A stretch of 64,000 bases of DNA from an uncultured bacterium (GTDB lineage: Bacteria; Acidobacteriota; HRBIN11; JAKEFK01): contig CAWJJO010000005.1 of the NCBI GenBank assembly GCA_963843285.1, positions 2,218-66,217 of the forward strand, written 5' to 3'. Under the pieces are notes generated by a model, which worked only from the letters and a program-made list of their open reading frames with translations, did no database searches and was not told the origin of the DNA. Below, in pieces: positions 1 to 8,872 of this stretch (the stretch's first letter is position 1; the number at the start of each line of letters is the position of its first letter). The position numbers and the translations under genes are program-made.

Positions 1-482
1 CGACGCAATGCTATTTGTGAACTCCAGGATGAGCTTCAGACGTTCTCTTTCTTGCGCGAGTTGTTTTTGGCTCTGACGAATCATATCCTCTGCGCGGTTA
101 TGCGCAGCTATTTCTTCCGCTTCCCGAAGCGCACGCCGCACAACAGGAGCAAGCCGTGAGAGTCGTGATTTCAAAACGTAATCTGTAGCACCGATCTTTA
201 GCGCTTCAATTGCGACTTCTTCGCCGATTGGTTCGGAGACAAAGATAAACGGGAGGTCGCGGTTTTGCTGCCGGGTGATGCTGAGTGCCGTTAGGCCGCT
301 GAAAGAGGGTAAAGCGTAATCTGCAAGGATCAGGTCGAGTTTGCAATTCTGGAGGACTGCACGGAATTCGGCTTCTGTGTAACGACACGAGTTATGTCAC
401 CGTCGAGACCCTCATTTGCGAGCGTCTTCCGAATCAACTCCGAGACGGCGTCGTCGTTTTCCAGATGCACGATGCGTAACAT
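1..482 (-). pseudogene. Receiver (REC) domain N-terminus of a larger response-regulator/hybrid sensor protein that continues past the left edge; reading frame broken
   Basis: Minus-strand ATG at 480-482 reads MLRIVHLENDDAVSELIRKTLANEGLDGDIT (acidic DD pocket) and then hits a stop. The rest of the domain (EAEFRAVLQNCKLDLILADYALPSFSGLTALSITRQQNRDLPFIFVSEPIGEEVAIEALKIGATDYVLK, then coiled-coil-like QKQLAQERERLKLILEF) lies in another frame with no start codon. One frameshift near 385-395. Confidence 0.55.
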
Positions 483-572
483 AGACACACCGTCACCTCA
501 TTCGATTAACCTGTTATTTTATCGGAAAATCTCCGTGTACGGCAAATCAGGACGTCAATTGTCCTTATTGGT

Positions 573-1337
573 TCAAACGCTCAAGAGCAAATTGAGAGGT
601 TCCGGCGAAATCCGGATAACGCCATCAAAGGGGAACCCAGCTCCATAATGAGGAAAATGGCGGCAGAGACTGATAATGAACAGAGGACTAGAGCGAAGAC
701 TACGACAATATTTCTATGCGTCAGCAGTCCGAAAGTGACGAATATAATGGTAAGCCAAAGAAGAAGGATACCAAAGAACAACGCATGAAACGGGGGATTC
801 AGATGGCCAACAATCATCCAACGAGACGACAAGATAGATTCAGTGACTTGTACAGCATGGGATTGAAGCTGTCGTTGACTCTCCGACTTTGGAAGCAGCA
901 TTCGAATTTTTTCAGCCAAAATCTCACCTTTCGGAAACGCTTTTCAAACGGACCTCCGGGACACAATGACTGGTTTTGCCATTCCAACTGGCTGTAATTG
1001 TTTGTGCCACGAAGCGTTTCAATTCCAAACGGAGTTCGGCTGCATCTTTTCCAAATCCCGCAAGTATCGCGGTCAAGCGAAAGTACCTGGGCAGTAGTGC
1101 GTTTGTCATTTCTCCATCTATCGAATCGAAAGAAGTCTTGGCCAAGAAAGCGCAAAACTGATCACCAGGGCACTCAGTGATGCGATCAATCCAATCGGAA
1201 GCTTAACCGATTTCCATTGATTCCTCGGTCAATGAATCCCGGAGCACATCACGCAGCTTGCTCCCTACTAGTGCTCCGAGAACTGTGCAAGCCAGGAAAA
1301 CGGCGCCGGCAATCACGGATAAATGTCTGTTACTCAT
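573..1337 (-). pseudogene. DUF4239-like small membrane protein, degraded
   Basis: From ATG 1337: MSNRHLSVIAGAVFLACTVLGALVGSKLR. In-frame TAA at 1203-1205, then LAKTSFDSIDGEMTNALL...AAELRLELKRFV in the same frame. Frame change near 920, then FFGILLLWLTIIFVTFGLL...IMELGS. A further slip near 625 puts the expected ending PFDGVIRISPEPLNLLLSV (stop 573-575) in another frame. Family assignment is from memory. Confidence 0.4.
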
Positions 1338-1342
1338 AGATA

Positions 1343-1641
1343 GTTTACCGTCCTTCACACTTTCTCCTTCGTTTTCCGGAATGACGCCAACAAGATGTTT
1401 CGTCATGAACCCCTGCGGTCAAAAACCTTGCTCCTGCTTTGAACATTCTCGATAGCAACTCAATTCCATGCTGATCCATCGCTGTAATTTCACGCAGGTC
1501 GACAACCAACTTTCGCTCTTCCAATGTTCCTGCGTGATTCGAGCCAGACTTGTTTTAATTCCGAAACCCATGGTTCGAAAAGTTTTCCGTAGAGAACGAC
1601 TCTCACCTCGTTGCCGACTCAGTCGTGTTTATCTTCAACAT
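1343..1641 (-). pseudogene. STAS-like (anti-sigma-antagonist fold) small protein, degraded
   Basis: GAGGA SD then ATG at 1639-1641: MLKINTTES..., TGA after 12 codons. Homologous reading continues in two other frames (GNEVRVVLYGKLFEPWVSELKQVWLESRRNIGRAK, then LVVDLREITAMDQHGIELLSRMFKAGARFLTAGV). The pattern parallels the intact 95-aa protein at 54015-54302. Confidence 0.35.
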
Positions 1642-2016
1642 GTGTTTTCCTCTTCGATCCGATTTATGGCAAACGGTGTGCCAGAGCCGCCAGCCTCGGT
1701 GAGCGCCCCGCCTCGGCAGAAAGAAAATTGCCAAGAAAGTCAAAAGCTTTGAATGACGATTGTCAGATATCTCGACGGCAATCCTGCTTGGTCTCGTTAT
1801 TCAACATTAGAGGTGAAGACGGTTCCTCGCTTGTTGAAGAACCGCCGGTACGGGGGCGGTGAATCGGGAAAATCAACGGGCTCAGTGGCGCTCGCGACCT
1901 GTCAATTGTTTCGTCATTTGTCAAGGATATTTTTGACATCGTTACGTGCTGGACGCAGTTCTCCTCGGGAAGGTTTGTGGCATGGAGATTGCCCATCGGC
2001 GCTATTTGGAGAGGAA

Positions 2017-3350
2017 ATGGATATGAACAGCATTCAGAAAGTTTTCGTGCTTTTCCTGGTTCTTATTGGGGGTACTCCCGCCGTCGATTTGTTCAGCGGA
2101 GCAGGAGTCGCCGTCAGAACAATCCACGATCACGAACGATACTGCCAGTCGTTTAGAGGACTGGCAGGATTTGCGCGATCAAAAAACACAGAATTTGGAA
2201 CCGAATAAAACGTCAAAAACCGAAAAACTTCTGATCCGTTTTGAGGAGCGCCAATTCTGCTCAGCTATAAGGGCTTTTATCCAACGATAGCGAATGTCAG
2301 CAATGGATCAGGATTCGCTCCCGGTATTCATTACTGGGGACAGAATCTGTTTGGCACGAACATTGACTTGCAAGGTCTCGCAGCGTATTCCACTCGCGAA
2401 TATCAGTTGTACAAGCTTGAAATCGGAAAGATTTTGCGTAAGGGGACTGAACCTCTGGTGAACCTTGGCGGGTCCGGAGGGTTAAGCCAGTTTGGACGAT
2501 TGCAGGAGTAAAGGAAACGATTTCCTTTTGTACGCCGATCTGCGATATCGAGACTTTCCGCAGGAAGATTTTTTTGGTGTTGGTCCGGATTCGGAAGATG
2601 ATACCGCACCGACTACACCATCACGGAATCAGCCTTCGACGGAGTCGCCGGTTACCGTTCGGTGAACACATCTTAATTGCAGGCCGTGCAGGACTTCTGA
2701 ACACTGAAATTGAAGACGGCACAGATGGTCGGTTCAATGATATTTCCACATCCTTTGATGATGTTTCCGCACCTGGATAGGCTGAGCAGCCGGATTACCT
2801 TCGGTACGGCGCCAACTTCGTGCTCGATTATCGCGACAGGCCAGGCAATCCCAATAAGGGCGCGATGCTTGGTGTTGAGTATGCTAGATTCGGAGATCGT
2901 GATCTGGATGCTTTCAGCTTTCATCGTTTCAGCTTCGATGGACGTGGTTACCTGCCGCTTGGTTCCCCACAGCGAACACTGGCTGCACGCTTTTACACAA
3001 CAATCGATGATCCGGATGACGGTCAAAGGGTACCGTTTTATTACATGGAAACGATGGGAGGTAGTGAGTTTTTACGCGGTTTCCGCGAGTTCCGTTTTCG
3101 CGACCGAAATCTTCTTGCTATGTCTGCCGAATACCGATGGGAGGGAGCTCCGGCGTGGGAAATGGCATTCTTTTTCGATGCAGGAAAAGTGTTTCCAGAC
3201 CGGGCAGATTTCGATTTTGAGGATCTGGAAACCAGTTATGGTGTCGGCGTCCGTTTCAAGCTGCCCGATGCCATGTTCCTGAGATTTGATATTGGACGAA
3301 GCAATGAAGGGACCCGTTTCTGGCTCAAATGGGGAGTCGCCTCGTTTTAG
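2017..3350 (+). pseudogene. Omp85/BamA-family (bacterial surface antigen) outer-membrane barrel protein, heavily degraded
   Basis: Signal peptide MDMNSIQKVFVLFLVLIGG after GGAGAGG. The clean C-terminal barrel end at 2820-3350 (GGSEFLRGFREFRFRDRNLL..YGVGVRF..RFDIGRS..WLKWGVASF) has a terminal Phe. In between, the protein-like reading hops frames at least five times (near 2090, 2255, 2510, 2600, 2650). It also contains an in-frame TAG at 2778-2780 (APG*AEQPDYLRYG). Confidence 0.6.
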
Positions 3351-3373
3351 AAATGCGTAAAAGGAGAACAGCA

Positions 3374-5000
3374 ATGAGAACAACAATTCTTTTCACTCTA
3401 CTCACTCTGGCACTGGTTACTTTTGTTCAAGCGGAAAAATTCTATCCGGACGATCCTTTGCTGGTGGATCAGGATCAGCGACCGGTTGTAAAACCCAACC
3501 AGGTTGAATACAGCCAGATCTACGACTTTGTTGATCAGACTTTTGTGAAATCGCGCAACAAAGAAAAAAGAACTGAAGCCGGCAACCAATATGAATACAC
3601 TTGGTGAGGTGCCTGACTCCAGCTGGTTTGAGAACCGGATTGGAAAAAGACCGATGAGTATGGAAGAACTGGTTAAAGGTCCTGATGTTCAAGGGCCACC
3701 AGATCCATCAGGTCCGTGGACAGTTACGCGCGCGAAAACGGAAGGGATCACGCTTGGCTTCACCATCAAAGATGCGGCGGGCGGAACTTATTTTATGAAG
3801 TTTGATCCAATCAAATTTCCGCAACTTGCTACTTCAGCAGAAGTGATTGCAACCAAGTTTTTTTACGCTTTTGGATACAATGTGTCGGAAAATTACGTGG
3901 TATTCGTGGATCCGCAAAATCTTCAAATCGCTGATGATGCAAAGTTCACAGATGAGTTCGGCCATAAGCGAAGAATGGTCCGCAAAGATATTGACGGTAT
4001 CCTCAAAAGAGTTGCAAAAAGGAAGGACGGCAAGATCCAGGCGATTGCAAGTTATCGACTCCCTGACGAGCCGATCGGACATTTCAAATACTATGGGACC
4101 CGCAGTGATGACGGAAATGATATTTTCCGCCACGAAGAGCGCCGTGAACTGCGCGGTCTGAGAGTTTTTTCGGCCTGGCTGAACCATGACGATGCGCGGT
4201 ATATGAACTCGCTCGATGTTTTTGTACCGGTGGAAGACAAAGGGGTCTGTGAAGCATTACCTGCTGGATTTCGGTTCAACACTTGGAAGCGGCAGTATTC
4301 GCCCGCAAAACGAAAGGCCAGGAAACGAATACATCATTGAAATGAAACCGATTCTGAAAGCACAGTTCACACTCGGGCTCTGGGATCGGAAATGGCGAAA
4401 GGTTGAGTATCCTGATTATCCGGCGGTAGGCCGCTATGAAGCGGATTTTTTTCGCCCCGATTTATGGCGACCCGAGTATCCTAATCCTGCGTTTGACCGG
4501 ATGATGCCCGATGATGCGTTCTGGGCAACACGCATCGTCTTGAAATTTACAGATGATATGATCGCCGCTCTTGTGAGAACCGGTCAATATGAAGATCCGG
4601 CCGCCGAACAATACCTGATCGAAACTCTGATCGCAAGGAGAACAAAATTGTCCGGTACTATTTCCGCCAGGTGAATCCACTCAGTGATTTTGCAGTGAAT
4701 GGAACAAACCTCGATTTCAAAAACCTCGGTACTGAGCATGAAATTGGGGCCGTGGAGGGCTATCGCTATCAATGGTTTGCTTTCGATAACGCGACCCAAG
4801 AGTCCAAACCGCTAAGGGGGTCGAGGTCACGACAGTTTCGTCAACTTCGATTCCCAATCCCGGATCACAATGGAAAGAAATTTCTGATGGTTAGAATCGA
4901 GAGCATAAGTGCGGACGTTCCGGAATGGAAAAAACCCGTGGAAATCTATTTGAGAACCGCCTCTGAGCTTAAAATAGTTGGAGTCGACCGTCAGATATAA
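3374..5000 (+). pseudogene. Secreted conserved protein of unknown function (~540 aa if repaired), three frameshifts
   Basis: AAGGAG SD, ATG 3374, signal peptide MRTTILFTLLTLALVTFVQA. Four consecutive ORF pieces in frames 2,0,1,0 read as one protein (..NTLGEVPDSSWFENR..; ..KHYLLDFGSTLGSGS..; ..KIVRYYFRQVNPLSDF..). Slips near 3590, 4230 (run aaagggg) and 4645. Confidence 0.55.
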
Positions 5001-5318
5001 CCGTGTAAGTTGTCCTGCTTGAATCAAATCACAAGCACTACAGGAAAGTGTGAGAAAGGCAGCGAACGGCCCCTACGTGCATAGGGCAGATACGGTAAAA
5101 GACGACCGGTTCAAGAACGACATCGTGTTTCAATGCGAAACGCGATGCGTCCAGTCGGGAGGAGTGGGCGGACGGAGCAGGTTGTATGTCGAACTGTATA
5201 TTGAAAATTTCGCCGCTGATGCGTTTCCGTGTGCTTCCATGCTCGGCCGTGCGCATGGTAAAATGACACTCGACGGAAAGACAGAACTTCTCGACGACAA
5301 ATTTACTAGGTCAGCGTC

Positions 5319-5365
5319 TTTGTAAACCTCAGGTCGGGGGTTCAAGTCCCTCCGCCAGCTTCTTT
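5319..5365 (+). repeat. tRNA-Thr(UGU) 3' half, copy 1 (anticodon loop to discriminator); att-like direct repeat
   Basis: TTTGTAA loop (anticodon TGT) / ACCTC / AGGTC variable / GGGGG-TTCAAGT-CCCTC T-arm / CGCCAGC acceptor 3' strand / T. Upstream sequence cannot form the anticodon-stem 5' strand, D-arm or GCTGGCG acceptor 5' strand, so this is not an intact tRNA. Confidence 0.55.
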
Positions 5366-5377
5366 CTCCCCAACTAC

Positions 5378-5700
5378 TTACGGCAATCACCCGTTTGAAA
5401 TGCATCCCAGAGTGCGCCTGGGTGCGGAAATTTTCTCACTTTATCACCTTCAAAGATGAGTTCTTTCACGTATTGCGGTGATCGTCGGACATATCTACAA
5501 TTCTTTTGGTCTCATCTGTCTTCAAATCATACCTTTCCGGCGCTCACCTGCCGGCGCACGCGGATAGTCTTTGCAGCAAAATCAATATCTGACCATTGGA
5601 GTCCTGCCATTTATTGTGCTGGCAATCATTGACACTGAATCCACGTAATCTCTGTTTAGTGGCGAGATAGCTGCCGAACCAAAGTCAGCTGCGGTTACTG
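5378..5700 (-). pseudogene. Tyrosine recombinase (phage-type integrase) remnant
   Basis: Minus-strand reading with several stops: ..LPAQ*MAGLQWSDIDFAAKTIRVRRQVSAGKV*FEDR*DQKNCRYVRRSPQYVKELIF..KFPHPGALWDAFQTG. This matches the integrase pattern G-L-x-W-x-D-I-D...I-x-V...K-T-x-x-S-x-R-x-V-x-L and a degenerate H-x-L-R-H box. The C-terminal Tyr region is missing. Confidence 0.4.
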
Positions 5701-5808
5701 ACAAGGCGACATCCGAGTAAGCCCGGGTTTATCTTACTATCCTATTAGTTTTTACTTTGACAAAACTTTGACTTGCTTGTTCTTGCCCGCCGACGAGAGG
5801 AGGCTGGT

Positions 5809-6297
5809 ATGAAAATTGCTCTTCTTATAGCAGGAGGTAAAATGAACAAGAAATCGAGCGACCAAAAAGAAAAGGCATCACGCAAAGCGAAAAAACCGAA
5901 GCTCAAGAAGAAAACCATCAAGGATCTTGATTCAAAGGATCAGGCCGTTCAGGGTGGAGCGATGTTGAGTGGTTATTATAGATGCTGCGACCGGAACATG
6001 AAGGAGAATTTTGGTCCGGTTGAGTCGCAGGATATCTTGAATCGTTTGTCGGGGATTCCCATTGAGACCTGGAACTATACCTGGGACGATCCATCCGTTC
6101 GTCACATCAGTCCGATGGCGCAGGATTTTGCCTCCGCTTTCGCTGTAGGTGAGGATGATAAACATATTCATCCGATCGACGTCAGCGGAGTTGCTTTTGC
6201 ATCCATCCAGGCGCTCTTTCAGAATCTTCAAGAGACCCGTTTAGAGATGCATGCACTTCGAGAGGAGATAGAAGAGATGCGAAAGCGTAAGAACTAA
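5809..6297 (+). CDS. Double-glycine-leader protein with peptidase S74 (intramolecular chaperone autoprocessing) domain
   Basis: Two candidate starts, each behind AGGAGG (ATG 5809, ATG 5842). Lys-rich leader KLKKKTIKDLDSKDQAVQGG, then CDRNMKENFGPV..ILNRLSGIPIETWNYTW..HISPMAQDF, which fits the S74 pattern (SDxRxKxNI ... L.G..Y.W....G.iAQe). C-terminal coiled coil. Confidence 0.6.
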   Translation: MKIALLIAGGKMNKKSSDQKEKASRKAKKPKLKKKTIKDLDSKDQAVQGGAMLSGYYRCCDRNMKENFGPVESQDILNRLSGIPIETWNYTWDDPSVRHISPMAQDFASAFAVGEDDKHIHPIDVSGVAFASIQALFQNLQETRLEMHALREEIEEMRKRKN

Positions 6298-6334
6298 CTT
6301 TCGTCGACCTCGGTCAGCCGTTCTTCTCTTTTAT

Positions 6335-7390
6335 CTACTGGCGAACAAAGGCGAATAGAGTCGTGGGATATTTGTCGGTTGCGAGAAAAAATCCTTGGCC
6401 GGGCACAAGGGCAAGGCACTCCCAGTTGCGGAGAAGTCCATCGTTACGAATCTTTAAATAAATCGGTGAATTCTCAGTGGTGTGGACCGTCGCTCCATCG
6501 AACCGCAAATTCACGAGACGCTCTACTACTTTATTACCAGCTTTCCATGCATCTGATTGCGAACGGTCGATACCCCAACGTCCACCAAGAGCGTCCCGGG
6601 CGGGATTCAGTTTCGCTTCGTCACCGGGATACATGCAATTGATGCACCAGAACTCCCCATTAATATCCGCCGGAGAGCAATCGGTAATGCGATATTCGAT
6701 ATTTGGAATCGGCACATTGGCGAGCCTTTTTATTTTATCGCCACTGATATCGAACATGTATGCGGAAGGATTCCGAACGACATTCGCGCCATTCGCTTCG
6801 AAAAACGTCAGCAGCCTGCCAGTAGGGAGTATCACGATTGCTTCATCACCCGTGTTGGCCAGGTTGGTGCGGGGCGGCAATTCAATAAGACTGGTAGCAT
6901 CCAATTTGATTAAAGGAGACGAATCCGAAAAGACCATCTTGCCGCGAACCAGGTATCCCATCATCCCGGCTGATTGATGAGACTCGATGGTAACAAATAC
7001 ATCGTTGCCCAGAAACGCAAGCGCCTCAAATCCCTCAAAACCCTCAATGGCGCCGGCCAAGCCATCATCGTTGAACCGAATGGCTCGCGGAGTCTGCTCG
7101 GTGTCATCCAGGTTTGCGACAAGGAGATGTTTGATCGGAAACATCGGAATCCGATTGCCAATACGTTGTGGATACTGCGGGACCAAAACAACAGAATCCT
7201 CATACACAGCAGCGCCGGAGTACTCGCGTTCCGCATCGCCCCAGGGGGTGGCCAGATTAATAATAAGTGGGTCGCGTTCCCGCACGAGAGGGTTCTCTGT
7301 GCCCGTTGACGGCACATAATTCCTTACACAAGACAACAGCAGAAAAAATGAAAACAGGACAGCGGATGATTTATGCCCGCGGAGGCTCAT
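6335..7390 (-). CDS. Lipoprotein of unknown function (possibly beta-propeller / phytase-like esterase family, tentative)
   Basis: ATG 7390 gives MSLRGHKSSAVLFSFFLLLSC (lipobox LLSC). 351-aa uninterrupted ORF. The EGFEALAF..VTIE motif is weakly reminiscent of the phytase-like esterase family. Confidence 0.55.
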   Translation of the reverse strand: MSLRGHKSSAVLFSFFLLLSCVRNYVPSTGTENPLVRERDPLIINLATPWGDAEREYSGAAVYEDSVVLVPQYPQRIGNRIPMFPIKHLLVANLDDTEQTPRAIRFNDDGLAGAIEGFEGFEALAFLGNDVFVTIESHQSAGMMGYLVRGKMVFSDSSPLIKLDATSLIELPPRTNLANTGDEAIVILPTGRLLTFFEANGANVVRNPSAYMFDISGDKIKRLANVPIPNIEYRITDCSPADINGEFWCINCMYPGDEAKLNPARDALGGRWGIDRSQSDAWKAGNKVVERLVNLRFDGATVHTTENSPIYLKIRNDGLLRNWECLALVPGQGFFLATDKYPTTLFAFVRQ

Positions 7391-7523
7391 CGCGTTAGCG
7401 TAACACAAGAAATAACGACGGCCCTGCGCTTTTACATTTTGTGGCGGACTGTCTAAGACGGGGTAAACCCGATGGAGGCGACCCGGGGTGGGGTCGCCCC
7501 AACGGTAAATTTTTTTTCATTGT

Positions 7524-8564
7524 TCAGAACGCGACGAATGGTTCAGTGGACACAATCTTTACCGGAACACCATCGATCGAACGAGGCAATTTGGCTCGCA
7601 CGCCACTTGTCTTGTCCATATAGATGACGATAGCCGGTTTCGTTCCAGCTTTGTCTAATGCTCCAACGCCGACGCCAATGACAGAAGCCTGCGCCATTAA
7701 TTCCTTTTCAAAACCATTCTTTACATTGTTGGCGTGTTCGAACGCCGCTGATTGGCTTGCCGCGACAGTTGAAGGTGAATTTGTACAATTAGATCCCACG
7801 AAGCTGTAACTCCTTCCCGTAGCGCTACCCACTTTCGTCAACACTTCACCGATTGGATTTCCGATGGTTGTTGAACTGCTGCCCGCATAAAGTAAAGCTA
7901 CAGGATGTCTGCAAGAAGCGTTTGAGTTCGTAAGGATTAGTGAACCGGAATCACCACCAGCGCTGAAAGAACTGCTGTTGATGACTACCTGATTCGTGTA
8001 ACTGACGACAAATTTCTTTCCCGCGTTACAGTTCTTCTGATACTGAACGTTGACCGAAGTATTCACAGATCCGATTGTACCTGTTGTAACACCCGAAGTT
8101 CTTCCCGCTTTGGTAACCGCCATTCCGACAGTTGGAGCAGCAATATTCTTGCTCGGTATACCCAGATCCAGAATACTTCCTGTTGTATTCATCGTTCCCG
8201 ACCGAAGCTGGGCCACGGCTGCGTCGACATTACTGCCAAGCGGCGCGGCTCCTGAAAAGTCAGCGACAATTCGTTGCGGATTGCAGTTGGTGTCGATCGA
8301 GCCAGGCTGAGAAACATCTTCTCCGCTTACTGCTTGATCGACTCTTGCCAGAACGTGGTTGTTGCTCAGGATGTAATTTAAACCACCTGCCGAAAGCAGC
8401 GAACCAAGAGTTCCGCTGCAGCAAAATGCTCTCGTTTCGTTGTTGACGTTTCCACCTGAAGTTCCGTAGTCGTTGGATTGCGCTTTATGGTCAGCCGCAA
8501 ATAACGTCACGGAACCGAACATCAGAAAGACGAAAATCAAGAATGATTTTCCAGTTCGATACAT
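7524..8564 (-). CDS. Secreted chymotrypsin-fold (S1-like) serine protease, paralog A
   Basis: Signal peptide MYRTGKSFLIFVFLMFGSVTLFA. Putative triad contexts LSNNHVLA (His), NVDAAVAQL (Asp), AGGDSGSLI (Ser). About two-thirds identical by eye to the ORF at 8873-9934. Conserved C-terminal extension ends STEPFVAF. Confidence 0.6.
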   Translation of the reverse strand: MYRTGKSFLIFVFLMFGSVTLFAADHKAQSNDYGTSGGNVNNETRAFCCSGTLGSLLSAGGLNYILSNNHVLARVDQAVSGEDVSQPGSIDTNCNPQRIVADFSGAAPLGSNVDAAVAQLRSGTMNTTGSILDLGIPSKNIAAPTVGMAVTKAGRTSGVTTGTIGSVNTSVNVQYQKNCNAGKKFVVSYTNQVVINSSSFSAGGDSGSLILTNSNASCRHPVALLYAGSSSTTIGNPIGEVLTKVGSATGRSYSFVGSNCTNSPSTVAASQSAAFEHANNVKNGFEKELMAQASVIGVGVGALDKAGTKPAIVIYMDKTSGVRAKLPRSIDGVPVKIVSTEPFVAF

Positions 8565-8822
8565 CGAAAACCTCCAAAGGGATTTTGTCTTGTGTAAAGT
8601 TTCAAAGAATCTTTACCACTTTAAAGATATTCCCAAATGCAAGTCTGTCCAGAACGTTTCGCTACCTTCTTTTGGCGGGTAATGATTACGAGGCAGGATC
8701 ATCGAGTTCGTTGTTACCATTTTTTTTCGGTGCGCCTGGGGTGCGGATTTGATTGAAAAAACGGGTGATTTTGCAGTGTTTCGCGTGGTTGTCAGAGTCG
8801 ATACGAGCAGAACCGGCCCGAA

Positions 8823-8864
8823 TTTGTAAACCTCAGGGGTTCACGTCCCTCCGCCAGCTTCTTT
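8823..8864 (+). repeat. tRNA-Thr(UGU) 3' half, copy 2 (degenerate); att-like direct repeat
   Basis: tttgtaaacctcaggggttcacgtccctccgccagcttcttt matches 5319-5365 apart from a 5-nt deletion in the T-stem 5' strand and one A-to-C change. No tRNA 5' half upstream. Ends 8 nt from the stop of the next gene. Confidence 0.55.
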
Positions 8865-8872
8865 GTTTCTGC

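Noticed and set aside
1753-2016. ORF-track start at 1753 for the Omp85-like gene, and a minus-strand 77-aa ORF at 1763-1996
   Set aside because: The plus-frame residues before the MDMNSIQK signal peptide look non-coding. The minus ORF only partly overlaps a sigma region-4-like remnant in another frame. Neither is supportable as an intact CDS.
1203-2780. In-frame TAA (1203-1205) and TAG (2778-2780) as evidence of stop-codon reassignment or programmed readthrough
   Set aside because: All three stop codons terminate the well-supported genes elsewhere in the window. The same genes also carry multiple frameshifts, so simple decay is the economical explanation.
5001-5365. Possible tmRNA (ssrA) gene: a non-coding stretch of the right length ending in a T-arm plus CCGCCAGCT, reminiscent of tmRNA 3' ends, next to an integrase remnant
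   Set aside because: The acceptor 3' strand (CGCCAGC) cannot give the G3-U70 pair. No GGGGC-type 5' end or tag-peptide reading frame ending in ALAA-like codons is visible upstream. The segment fits a tRNA-Thr(UGU) anticodon-loop-to-3'-end fragment better.
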